This document shows, in pieces, positions 9,454-18,431 of a stretch of DNA of 64,000 nucleotides. The stretch is from IMG/VR virus record IMGVR_UViG_3300042561_002102; one strand, 5' to 3'. Under the pieces are notes generated by a model. It saw only the letters and a program-made list of their open reading frames with translations. It was not told the origin of the DNA and made no database searches. The first letter of the stretch is position 1; every line of letters begins with the position of its first letter. This stretch comes from a virus. Its lineage: Duplodnaviria > Caudoviricetes. Made by a program: the position numbers and the translations under genes.

Positions 9454-10065
9454 ATGATGATAAAAACCTTCGAAAAGTTCAGGCACCAGGAGATACTCAT
9501 TATTGTGGATGTTCAGAAAAGTTTCCGTAAATTTTTTACAGAGATGTATCTGAACGAGTTGAAAAAATACTGCAAAGAGTTTGATAAGGTCTATTATATT
9601 TTTGATAATCATGTTGATGGTAAAAATGTTGATCAAGATTATCTCTATGATAGAAATGTTCAGGTCGAAGGTCATCCGGATCTCTATGAGTTTCCTAATA
9701 TGGAAGATATGATTGAAAAAAGATATAATTATGATGTTGATGTTGAATTTTTCAAAGATGTTCTCACTCACAAAACTTATCAAGAGATTAAAAAATTAGA
9801 ATCAAGAAAAAAATTGAAACGTGGAGATTTTTTCAGAACAAAAGAAAATACGATACTCGTCTATATCGGAAATAATCATCAGTGGTTTCACTGCCCGAAG
9901 AAACTCTACGAAGTTTTAGTAGAGAACACAGAAAATACCATTACAATTGTGGGTGGTAGTGATAAAGAGTGCCTAGAAGATGTTTTTATCACTGCCTCTG
10001 CACTTGGCGTTGAGATGAAAAGAAATTGGAAATATATCTACTCGGGATCTCATTGTCCTTTATAA
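9454..10065 (+). CDS. Cysteine hydrolase, isochorismatase/nicotinamidase (PncA-like) family
   Basis: LIIVDVQ (Asp), FDNH (metal DxH), IEK (Lys), GGSDKECL (Cys). Start moved to 9454 because the track start lies in the terminator and AATATATA sits at 9441. Confidence 0.7.
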   Translation: MMIKTFEKFRHQEILIIVDVQKSFRKFFTEMYLNELKKYCKEFDKVYYIFDNHVDGKNVDQDYLYDRNVQVEGHPDLYEFPNMEDMIEKRYNYDVDVEFFKDVLTHKTYQEIKKLESRKKLKRGDFFRTKENTILVYIGNNHQWFHCPKKLYEVLVENTENTITIVGGSDKECLEDVFITASALGVEMKRNWKYIYSGSHCPL

Positions 10066-10068
10066 ATA
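10061..10068 (+). promoter_or_regulatory. Exact T4-type late promoter TATAAATA
   Basis: TATAAATA 10 nt upstream of the gp25-like ATG at 10079. Confidence 0.55.
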
Positions 10069-10078
10069 AGTATTGAAG

Positions 10079-10462
10079 ATGAGAAATATACTCGATTTTT
10101 ACATACTTTATCCGGGTCATCCAAGATACGAAAGTGCTAATTTAATTGAAGACGATCTTATACGTATCATTATTCAAAAATATGAGATGATTATTTTTAC
10201 TATTAAAGGAGATGTTCTTGGTGATCCAAATTTTGGAGCTTCCCTAGAAAGTCTTCTTCATACCACTCTATTATCAGGAATTGCGGTAGAAGAGAGTATC
10301 AAGGCTCAAATAGACACTTATATACCAGAGCTACAGGGAAGAAAATACACATTAAGAGTTGAATTTATTCAAGATAATACCGACTTCAGAGAAGTTATGG
10401 TAATTTATTTTCAAATCGCTGACTATGATGTCTATTCCATATTCGGCGAGAGTTCTATGTAA
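10079..10462 (+). CDS. gp25: Baseplate wedge protein gp25-like
   Basis: FTIKGDVLGDPNFGASLESLL...IKAQIDTYIPEL matches the GPW/gp25 pattern. Confidence 0.8.
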   Translation: MRNILDFYILYPGHPRYESANLIEDDLIRIIIQKYEMIIFTIKGDVLGDPNFGASLESLLHTTLLSGIAVEESIKAQIDTYIPELQGRKYTLRVEFIQDNTDFREVMVIYFQIADYDVYSIFGESSM

Positions 10463-11438
10463 GGCTGATTTCTCTCATACGACCTATGAACGCAACTGCT
10501 ACTACTAGAGGATCAGAGGAAGTTTGTAAAAATCTCTGAGATTCACTCAAAATCCAATTGTATTTGAATAATTTTTCAGAATCTACTTTTTTGTTTTCTA
10601 GATGCCAAAGTATAAAGCTCTTACCCCATAAATCTAAAAATTCTACTACACGATCAGAACCAAATTTATCTGATATAAAAAAATATATCTTTTCATAATC
10701 TATATTTTTGTCATAAATAAGAGAATAGCACTCTCTGATCAAATCATTTGAAATACTTATACCTGAAAAATTAGATTGACCAGAATTTTTATAATACTCA
10801 AGTTCAACTAGTATAGATCTGAAATCTGGGAATTTTTTTTTGATGAGAGAGACCAAATCTTCTTTGGACATCGACAGATTTTCACTAGGTAAGATTTGAT
10901 CGTTGATCTTTCTGAACATTTCTATTTTTAGTGCTCTCTCCTCATCAATACTTTGACACTCAAGATTAATTTGTATGAAACGACTTCGAATACCTTCAGA
11001 TATTTTACTAAGATGATTTGTAGATAGTATAAACCGAACATTCTTGGTAGAGTAATCTTCTATGTATGCTTTAAGAGCGTCTTGATATTGAATTGAAGTT
11101 CTATCGAATTCATCTAAAAAAACATACTTAATCAGATTGGTCTCTGATTGTTCTATATCAAAGTCGAGAAATACTTTAGAGCAGAACTCGTCTATTTTTC
11201 CTCTCAAAATATCTATAGAAGTATAGAAAGAAGAGTTTATCTCGATGTGTGGTGAATTTTTAGAGTATTTACCAATAAGAATTCTTGCAAGAGAAGTTTT
11301 ACCTATGCCGTAATGTCCATGTAGAATAACATTTTGGGTGAGGCCAGATGAAAAATAATCTCTGACTCTTTTTGGTAATAGAAGATCTTCGAACTTTTTA
11401 GGTCTCCACTTATCAGAAATAAGAAGTTGTCTGTCCAT
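10455..11438 (-). CDS. gp44: Clamp loader large subunit (gp44/RFC-like AAA+)
   Basis: DKWRPKKFEDL, Walker A GHYGIGKT, Walker B FLDEFD, FILSTN, IRSRF; likely start MDRQLL at 11438. Confidence 0.9.
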   Translation of the reverse strand: MDRQLLISDKWRPKKFEDLLLPKRVRDYFSSGLTQNVILHGHYGIGKTSLARILIGKYSKNSPHIEINSSFYTSIDILRGKIDEFCSKVFLDFDIEQSETNLIKYVFLDEFDRTSIQYQDALKAYIEDYSTKNVRFILSTNHLSKISEGIRSRFIQINLECQSIDEERALKIEMFRKINDQILPSENLSMSKEDLVSLIKKKFPDFRSILVELEYYKNSGQSNFSGISISNDLIRECYSLIYDKNIDYEKIYFFISDKFGSDRVVEFLDLWGKSFILWHLENKKVDSEKLFKYNWILSESQRFLQTSSDPLVVAVAFIGRMREISLT

Positions 11439-11508
11439 TGGGTTGATTATATGTGGAGGATTTCCGATTGTTTTCAAGAAAGATTAAAAAACAAATATAT
11501 ACAAAAAT

Positions 11509-12243
11509 ATGATAGGAAACAAATTTAATTTTGATGATGTCTATTTCAGGGATTTGACTATTTGTCTTTTAGACTTATTACAAGGTAAGTTGAAATGGAT
11601 AAATAGGTTTTCTGAAGGAGATAGACAAGTTGAAGTTCCTATGTATTATTCTCTAACAGGTGATGAAAGATACCTACTTGATTCTTTTTCCGATGACGTA
11701 GTTTCTAACAATCGTCTTGTTGAGATAAATACCGATATTATCCCACGAGGTCATATAACACTCAAGTCTTGGAACATCAAATCTGATGATTTCACGAATC
11801 CAAACGTTTGGCTTAAAACCATAGTTGAAAATGAAAGTGAAATAAAAACGATGCTTTCAAAAGTTAGAGCTATACCAATACAAGCTAGTTACGACCTTTC
11901 AATAAAAGTTAAAAGTGAAATAGACGTATTCAAATGTTCTCAAGCAATTATGAACACTCTGTGGTTGTATCGATATATGTATTTTGAGTATAATTATATG
12001 AACATCGATGCGGTGGTTATAGTTCCAGATACAGAACAAGTAACCATTTCTAGAGAAAAGAATTTAACTTCAGATAATACAATAAAAATTGATGTATCAC
12101 TTGAGGTTCACTCTTACTACCCAGCTTTTATGGAAAATTTAGAAGATTATAACTCTGCAGCTCTTTCACAATGGCGAGGTAATCTATATACAACAAAAAG
12201 TAGATCTGGTAAATCAACCAACGATTTGGTCCAAAAAATATAA
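11509..12243 (+). CDS. gp15: Tail terminator / sheath stabiliser (T4 gp15-like)
   Basis: YFRDLTICLLDL, QVEVPMYY, IIPRG, PIQASYDLSI, SLEVHSYYP follow the gp15 pattern. Confidence 0.75.
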   Translation: MIGNKFNFDDVYFRDLTICLLDLLQGKLKWINRFSEGDRQVEVPMYYSLTGDERYLLDSFSDDVVSNNRLVEINTDIIPRGHITLKSWNIKSDDFTNPNVWLKTIVENESEIKTMLSKVRAIPIQASYDLSIKVKSEIDVFKCSQAIMNTLWLYRYMYFEYNYMNIDAVVIVPDTEQVTISREKNLTSDNTIKIDVSLEVHSYYPAFMENLEDYNSAALSQWRGNLYTTKSRSGKSTNDLVQKI

Positions 12244-12313
12244 TTTAAAAAAAGGTAAAAAACACACTTTTTAAATAATATATATAGTTTAAAAAAAATA
12301 AACATTTTTTAAT

Positions 12314-13597
12314 ATGAAGAACTTGAAATTAGAATTATTTAACTTTGTAAGAAGTTTAAATTTAGATCAGGAAGAAATCTCGACCATAGTAAATTCACAT
12401 ATGGGTGCTATAGGTAGAGTATCTGAAAAGCAGGTAATTTCCTCCTTGAACGAATCATTGAAAATTCATACCTATGATAGATCAGTAAAGAATTTACTCG
12501 AATCACTCAATGATGACGTGGCAAATCATAGCCTTATTTATGAACTAAAGCACCTCTATAATGTTCTTAATTCTAAGAATCAAGGTGAGCTTTATAGACA
12601 ACCTATTAATGTTGTTCTTGAAGTTATCAACATGGAGTCTGATCAAGATAGATTAGGAAAAATTGTAAATGAGCTAGCTATTTATGACTGGGTTCCTGAA
12701 ATTAAACTATTTGTTCATAATCTTACTAAATCTCCTGAGCAAAGATCAAATCTTCTATCAGGGGGTAGTTCAGAAAGTGTCTATACTATAGTTGAGCAAG
12801 TAGAAGGTGGTTATTGTGCATTTATCAACGGCAGTTGGTTCCTTCTAACCGAGAGTGGCGTTGAAAAGACCCTTCTTGAAAACTGGGTTAAAAATGATGA
12901 AGATCTTAGAACTCTTAGAAACATCGAAACTGGTCTAAGGTATTCAATGATTCATGAAGATAGAATTAATTTCAGAATCTCTGAAAACTTAACTATCGGT
13001 CTTTCTGTAGCTAACGAAGGACTTATCTATATCAATGATGATAAGATGAACAAAGAAACTACACTAGAGACCTTATTTCAATCACCTATTATTCCTATTG
13101 CTAACAAAAACTTCTATCCCATTCTATTAGAAACACAGAAGAATATCGATAAGTTCGTTGAACTTGATGTAGTTAAAAGAGTAACTAATTTAGTTAATCC
13201 ATATTTAGAATGCTTTGTATTCAATTACAAAGCAGGCAACTATGTTTATCGTTGCGATCAAAGATACGGCAATTCATTCTATAAATACGACACGGCACTT
13301 GAGCTTGTAAATGAAATCAAAAATGAATTAAATAGCGATCTTACCTATTTCTTTGAGAATAAGTTAGATAAAGAAATTGTAAAAAATAGAAGATTAGAAG
13401 ATAAAGAAAGAGAAATAACTCTAAAATTAGAAGACGTAAATATAAATCTATCAAAAATCAATAATTCACTAAGAGTTACCGGAGAGTCAAAAATTCTTTT
13501 AGAGGCTCGTCAAAATCTTACAAAAAGAAAAGAACATTTAGAAGAAGAGTTGATGGCAGTCAAAGAAGTAAAGAGTTCAAATAAGTATAAAATGTAA
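12314..13597 (+). CDS. Hypothetical protein with C-terminal coiled coil
   Basis: 427-aa ORF with TATATA upstream and terminator downstream. Confidence 0.85.
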   Translation: MKNLKLELFNFVRSLNLDQEEISTIVNSHMGAIGRVSEKQVISSLNESLKIHTYDRSVKNLLESLNDDVANHSLIYELKHLYNVLNSKNQGELYRQPINVVLEVINMESDQDRLGKIVNELAIYDWVPEIKLFVHNLTKSPEQRSNLLSGGSSESVYTIVEQVEGGYCAFINGSWFLLTESGVEKTLLENWVKNDEDLRTLRNIETGLRYSMIHEDRINFRISENLTIGLSVANEGLIYINDDKMNKETTLETLFQSPIIPIANKNFYPILLETQKNIDKFVELDVVKRVTNLVNPYLECFVFNYKAGNYVYRCDQRYGNSFYKYDTALELVNEIKNELNSDLTYFFENKLDKEIVKNRRLEDKEREITLKLEDVNINLSKINNSLRVTGESKILLEARQNLTKRKEHLEEELMAVKEVKSSNKYKM

Positions 13598-13616
13598 AAA
13601 AAAAGTTCGGGAAGAT

Positions 13617-13654
13617 GTAAAAACCTCTATATAACATAGGGGTTTTTACTTTTT
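13617..13654 (+). terminator. Intrinsic terminator
   Basis: Stem GTAAAAACCTCTAT/ATAGGGGTTTTTAC with T tract. Confidence 0.85.
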
Positions 13655-13707
13655 AAACAAAAATTGAAAACTTTTAACAAATTATACAATAAAAAAAATT
13701 AAAACCT

Positions 13708-14073
13708 GTGTATCTTCATAATAAAGATCTTTACATGGAGATAATTGTCTCCAAAGCAACTGGAAAACTCACCAATAAATCTAAACTTATGCTAGAAATT
13801 CTAGCAAAAAGAACGATTAAAAAAATGAGATATAGAAGTAACGATGATAAACTTGACTGCTATCAGTCGGGAATTCTGGATATGTTCTCTAACTGGTATA
13901 ATTTCAATGAAGAAAAATCAGATAATGCCTTTGCTTACTTTACCGAAATATTTAAAAGAGGTATTGCTCGTGGTTACAACGATTTATACAAGAAAAAAGG
14001 AGATAATGATCATCAAATAAGACTTATTTCTATAGAATCATCAAACGATGGACAAGGATTACATTCTATTTAA
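13708..14073 (+). CDS. gp55: Late-transcription sigma factor (T4 gp55-like), compact
   Basis: YLHNKDL and NFNEEKSDNAFAYFTEIFKRG parallel T4 gp55 YVNNKEL and NFDETKYKNPHAYIT; GTG start. Confidence 0.8.
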   Translation: MYLHNKDLYMEIIVSKATGKLTNKSKLMLEILAKRTIKKMRYRSNDDKLDCYQSGILDMFSNWYNFNEEKSDNAFAYFTEIFKRGIARGYNDLYKKKGDNDHQIRLISIESSNDGQGLHSI

Positions 14074-14087
14074 GAAAAAATATTACT

Positions 14088-14525
14088 ATGAATAAAGTAT
14101 CACTTCGTAAAAAAATACAACTTTATCTTACTTATAGAAAAACTTTGGAAAAAAACAGAGAAGATCTATTTCAAAATTTCACTAGTCGTATCGATAAAGT
14201 TTATAGGATTTATACGGTAATAAATTTGCCTAAAGAAGAAATGGAAGAACCCTATAATTTCAGAAAAAGAGATTTAGATATTTTTGCAGAAAAATACATT
14301 CGAGAATATTCACAAAATATGGGTAAATATCTCAATAATTTAGGATTGAATGAACTTTATGATATTTATGAAGTAAAAAAAGTAGATAAATTTTCGTATT
14401 TAATTGTTATAGGATTCAGATTATTCAACACAGATAAACTAGCAAAGAATTTTTGGTTGAAAGTATTACCCTGGAGTCTCGGAACATTGATTTTAGGCTC
14501 TATAATTTTGAAACTTCTTCTATAG
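14088..14525 (+). CDS. Hypothetical protein with C-terminal TM
   Basis: LPWSLGTLILGSIILKLLL terminus. Confidence 0.8.
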   Translation: MNKVSLRKKIQLYLTYRKTLEKNREDLFQNFTSRIDKVYRIYTVINLPKEEMEEPYNFRKRDLDIFAEKYIREYSQNMGKYLNNLGLNELYDIYEVKKVDKFSYLIVIGFRLFNTDKLAKNFWLKVLPWSLGTLILGSIILKLLL

Positions 14526-14537
14526 GGTTTATATAAG
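14510..14537 (+). promoter_or_regulatory. Putative AACT-N16-TATA promoter
   Basis: GAAACT-N16-TATAAG upstream of 14555. Confidence 0.5.
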
Positions 14538-14554
14538 TTACAAACAATTTAAAA

Positions 14555-15010
14555 ATGTCAAAATATTATAATCTTTCACAAGACTCAATTAACCTATTCA
14601 ATCAGATTTTTGATACCAAAGCATTTCCATTAGGAATAAACTTTGCTTTTATTGGTCACGAAGAGCAAAAAGAACTTATTAAAATCTCAAAAGTTCCCGA
14701 TCAGTATAACTTTCTACTTCAAAATGAACTTCTTGTTTGTATGAACGAAGAGCTTATCTCTAAGTTTGATGAAGAAAGTGTTACTATTCTTATAGAACAA
14801 GAACTTGATAAAATAAGTATCAATCTAGATACTGGTAAAATTAAGTTTGTAAAACCTAATCTCTCTACTTTCACTTCTCTTATCTCGAAATATGGTCTTG
14901 AAAAAGTAGGAAGAGCTAATCAAATTGAAGATTTATACAACGAACAACAACTCGATTCTGAACAAGGATTTGTAGAACAAAAAAAATCACACTATGGAAA
15001 ACGAAAATAA
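14555..15010 (+). CDS. Phage metallopeptidase-like fold with degenerate HExxH
   Basis: ILIEQELDKISINLDTGKIKFVKPNLSTF...KYG resembles LIDHELxH...D..F...RYG. Confidence 0.55.
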   Translation: MSKYYNLSQDSINLFNQIFDTKAFPLGINFAFIGHEEQKELIKISKVPDQYNFLLQNELLVCMNEELISKFDEESVTILIEQELDKISINLDTGKIKFVKPNLSTFTSLISKYGLEKVGRANQIEDLYNEQQLDSEQGFVEQKKSHYGKRK

Positions 15011-15662
15011 AAAACTAATTGAAACCGCTACGGTAAAGCCAAAACTTACAATATTCGAAAACGAAATCGAATATAGACTTCTTGATCTAGAGGATGAAGT
15101 TCAAATGGATAGACTCATAAGTCAAATAGAAGACTATATGAAAAACAACAACGGATATGGTGAAAGTGATAACACGAAAGATATTCTTTATGCTGACGCA
15201 CAAGGATTATGGAACGAATACGCTAAAATCTTGAGAGATGTAAAATTTACTTTTTATATTAATAGAAAGCAGTATCAATTTTTGACTGAACTTCTTCGTG
15301 ATAAACTTGAATATGACGTTAATACAATATTTATAGCTATTGAACTGACCGATATGCTTGGAACTTGGGTCTCTGAAGGCACTAACAAAGATGATACTTC
15401 AGTAAAAGGGTACCAGGCTAATGCTACCGAAATGACCTATATGTATCACCTTATCGCAAAACATAAAGTAAAAGGTCTCGGATATTCTACCTATATTTTT
15501 GCTGATATTTTAAGGAGAATTGGTGAAATCTCTAAGATTATCAACTATTATGATAATCACGCTAAGCAACTCTCTACAGATATACAAAAATGGGTTGCTT
15601 CTTTTGAAGATCCAGAAACAGGTGATGATGTAGCACCACCAGAAGGTCAAGAAACAAAATAA
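14994..15662 (+). CDS. Hypothetical protein
   Basis: 222-aa ORF overlapping the previous gene. Confidence 0.8.
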   Translation: MENENKKLIETATVKPKLTIFENEIEYRLLDLEDEVQMDRLISQIEDYMKNNNGYGESDNTKDILYADAQGLWNEYAKILRDVKFTFYINRKQYQFLTELLRDKLEYDVNTIFIAIELTDMLGTWVSEGTNKDDTSVKGYQANATEMTYMYHLIAKHKVKGLGYSTYIFADILRRIGEISKIINYYDNHAKQLSTDIQKWVASFEDPETGDDVAPPEGQETK

Positions 15663-15687
15663 AATCCCAACAGATTTTATCTATCCG

Positions 15688-15722
15688 AAAAAAAAACACA
15701 CCTTAGGGTGTGTTTTTTTTTG
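15688..15722. terminator. Bidirectional intrinsic terminator
   Basis: A-tract-CACACC-TTAG-GGTGTG-T-tract between convergent genes. Confidence 0.9.
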
Positions 15723-15723
15723 A

Positions 15724-17451
15724 TCAAATACAGTAGTAAGAGGACATAATCGACCCATTTGTATTGATCTGTAGAGGTCTTTTTGTCCCTACACCACCAA
15801 CTGTAAGTGCTATCCACTTTCCACCACCATTTGTAGGTGTGGTAAGTGCGGCATCATCATAGATAATATCTCCATTAATTAAAAACGCTAATGATTTAGT
15901 GCTATAATAAGCTCTGACTGTTTGATAAGTTGAACAAGCACCAGCTGCGTTTATAGCATCCGGAGTAGTTCTACCTAAGAATGTAAATAAGGTTGGAGTT
16001 GGTGTGGGTGTTCTTGTTGGAGTAACAGTTGGTGTTTTGGTTACTGTAGGAGTTGGGGTTTTAGTTGATGTTATTGTGGGTGTAGGTGTAGGACTCATAA
16101 CAGGATTTTCATTCTGTGGCAAACCCCAAACGAGTTTAATGGATTTACTTTGTGAGTACAAATTGGAAAGATTAACAGAAATCTGAGAGAAAGTTCCAGA
16201 GAATTTTATTATACCTGTAGCCATGTTAGCACCACTTAAAATATAACTAGATTCTGATACTAATGAAGATTTTAGTTCTGGACAATCGTTACAATCACAA
16301 CACATAGAATAAGTTGAGCTAAATTGTAAATATTCCGTATTCGTAATACCTGATTGGGAGAAACCTAGATGATAGATAGCTAAAACAGGATCAGATACGG
16401 GAGAATTGAAGACAAAACTATGTGTTCCATTACAAACCATCCTGAATCCACCTGTTCTTTCAGGATTTCTAATATCACAACTCATGTAATTGTAGGCACT
16501 CGAATAAGTATTTCCACCACAAGAGAACGTAGCACAAGATCCAGCACCAATTTCGCAGTTGTGGCCAGCTATATCTATTGGATAAATTGTTCTACTTGGT
16601 GTTGTGCACAAACCAGATACGTTATTCTCTACCGTGTTTATGAATTGAGAAACTAAATTGTAAAGACTAGAAGATGATGTTGGTGAACTATAGAAATTTG
16701 CTGTTCTAGGAACAGGATCTACAAAACTACCACCGTTGGGTTGAGACCAGTCAAGACCATTCAAGTAAGACCATAAATAAACTCCATCACCTTGTGTACA
16801 TTCAGGACAACCAGGTGTTGCGCTAGGTGTCTGTGTTAATGTAGGTGTCAGGCTCGGTGTTAAAGTTGATGTGATTGATGGAGTAGGTGTGTTGGTGGGT
16901 GTCGCTTCTGGTGATGCACCGGGTGATCTTGTTATACTAGGTGTTACTGTTATTGTGGGTGTTAATGTAGGTGTAACTGTTGAGGTTGAACTTGGTGTGG
17001 ATGTAGGTGTGTCAGTTGGTATTGGACTCTCAGTTGATGATGGTGTAGAAGTATTCGTTGGTGTTGGATCTGGGGATATACCGGGAGTTTTAGTTAAAGT
17101 TGGTGTTGGTGTCGGGGTAGAAGTGACAGTGGATGTTACAGTTAGTGTTGGTGATACAGCAGGCAAAGAAGTGTGCGATGGAGATGGTGTAATAGAAGGT
17201 GTCAAAGTTATAGTAGGTGATGGTGTTGGTGTTAGAATATAGTTAGATACTAAAACTGTATAATCACAACCATCACAGGTAAAAATATAAGTTCCATTTA
17301 ACTCATCCGATCCTCGGCCGTATAAAATAGGATCAAAAGTCCAAGGAAAACTAAAAGTAGAACTAATATTTAAGACACCTCCACCACTGGGAAAAATAAG
17401 TTGTAATGTGCAGTTTGTAAGCGGACTAGCCTCAAAAGTTACTGTAGCCAT
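15724..17451 (-). CDS. Putative virion surface protein: shared N-terminal module, two Thr/Pro stalks, Cys-rich domains
   Basis: FPWTFDP..YG...GTYIFTCDGC module; TP repeats. Confidence 0.85.
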   Translation of the reverse strand: MATVTFEASPLTNCTLQLIFPSGGGVLNISSTFSFPWTFDPILYGRGSDELNGTYIFTCDGCDYTVLVSNYILTPTPSPTITLTPSITPSPSHTSLPAVSPTLTVTSTVTSTPTPTPTLTKTPGISPDPTPTNTSTPSSTESPIPTDTPTSTPSSTSTVTPTLTPTITVTPSITRSPGASPEATPTNTPTPSITSTLTPSLTPTLTQTPSATPGCPECTQGDGVYLWSYLNGLDWSQPNGGSFVDPVPRTANFYSSPTSSSSLYNLVSQFINTVENNVSGLCTTPSRTIYPIDIAGHNCEIGAGSCATFSCGGNTYSSAYNYMSCDIRNPERTGGFRMVCNGTHSFVFNSPVSDPVLAIYHLGFSQSGITNTEYLQFSSTYSMCCDCNDCPELKSSLVSESSYILSGANMATGIIKFSGTFSQISVNLSNLYSQSKSIKLVWGLPQNENPVMSPTPTPTITSTKTPTPTVTKTPTVTPTRTPTPTPTLFTFLGRTTPDAINAAGACSTYQTVRAYYSTKSLAFLINGDIIYDDAALTTPTNGGGKWIALTVGGVGTKRPLQINTNGSIMSSYYCI

Positions 17452-17495
17452 ATTAAACTATATATTCTAAAACAGAGCTATCACACAAACAAAAT

Positions 17496-17762
17496 TCATG
17501 AAAGTTTTATAAGTTTTATTTTTAGATCTCCTGAACCTTTGATTACTCGATGATAGACACCTTTTGGTATAAAAATTTTACCGGATATTATTTTAGGAAG
17601 TTCATTATCCATTTGTATCATCCAATCTGTTCCAGATAATGACTCAATTATTCTATCTTCTCGATCTCTATGCCAAACATAATCACCAGAATCAACATCT
17701 TGATCGAAAGTTCTTAGGAAGATATTTTCACCTATCGTTTTTTCTTTGAAAGGTAAATTCAT
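17496..17762 (-). CDS. Small cupin-like protein
   Basis: WHRD...FIPKGVYHRV cupin His motifs. Confidence 0.7.
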   Translation of the reverse strand: MNLPFKEKTIGENIFLRTFDQDVDSGDYVWHRDREDRIIESLSGTDWMIQMDNELPKIISGKIFIPKGVYHRVIKGSGDLKIKLIKLS

Positions 17763-17788
17763 AAATTTTTTTTTTAATATTTTTTATT

Positions 17789-18370
17789 TTACCAGAACCC
17801 CGGATATGACTTACCCCAAAGAGAGGAGAATCTGTTAGCACGACATGCCCAGTAACCAGGTGTCATTTTATCCTTTTTTTCACGACAATTATGTCTTTTC
17901 GAAAATCTAGCTCTTGCTTTCGGATCACTAACTTTAGCATTTAGACCACCTTTTACATCACCAAAATGAACTACTTTCACATTTCCAGTCTTGGGGTTTT
18001 TAACATAAACTTTATACTTTTTAGGTCCTGAACTTCTCATAGGTTTTCCAAGACTTACTTTTTTTCCTTTATATTCAGCTTCTGTAATAAACTCATCACA
18101 AAGTATCGGAAAATCAAGTGGCACCATTTCCCCTTCGAACTTTGCCCAAAGACCTAGATCACTCTCTTCAAAAAGAACTCGATCAGCATCACTCAATAAT
18201 TCTTGATGATTTCTTGATTCTCTTATCAACTCGAAAAATGAAGTAGATCCAGGTCTAAATATATTTTCCAAAACTGATATCTTATTTTCTAAGTGATAAA
18301 CTAGATTATTACTTGGCTTCTTATCGATGAAGTCCTCGAATTTTAATATATTCTCGTAAATATTTTCCAT
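17789..18370 (-). CDS. Hypothetical protein with basic C-terminal domain common in aquatic T4-like phages
   Basis: KYKVYVKNPKTGNVKVVHFGD...RHNC...PGYWAC; N-terminal KFEDF tag. Confidence 0.8.
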   Translation of the reverse strand: MENIYENILKFEDFIDKKPSNNLVYHLENKISVLENIFRPGSTSFFELIRESRNHQELLSDADRVLFEESDLGLWAKFEGEMVPLDFPILCDEFITEAEYKGKKVSLGKPMRSSGPKKYKVYVKNPKTGNVKVVHFGDVKGGLNAKVSDPKARARFSKRHNCREKKDKMTPGYWACRANRFSSLWGKSYPGFW

Positions 18371-18431
18371 AACTTTATCCAGGGGTATTTTTTGTTAGTT
18401 TATATATATATCTAAATTTGAAACTCAGAAA

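Noticed and set aside
11439-11477. Track TTG start of the clamp loader
   Set aside because: RFC-like sequence begins at MDRQLL (11438); the extension covers a promoter-like region.
16004-17242. Val/Gly-rich antisense ORFs (16004, 16871; likewise 24437, 25960, 28216, 55039, 55285, 56146)
   Set aside because: Reverse-complement shadows of Thr/Pro repeats, which lack stops on the opposite strand.
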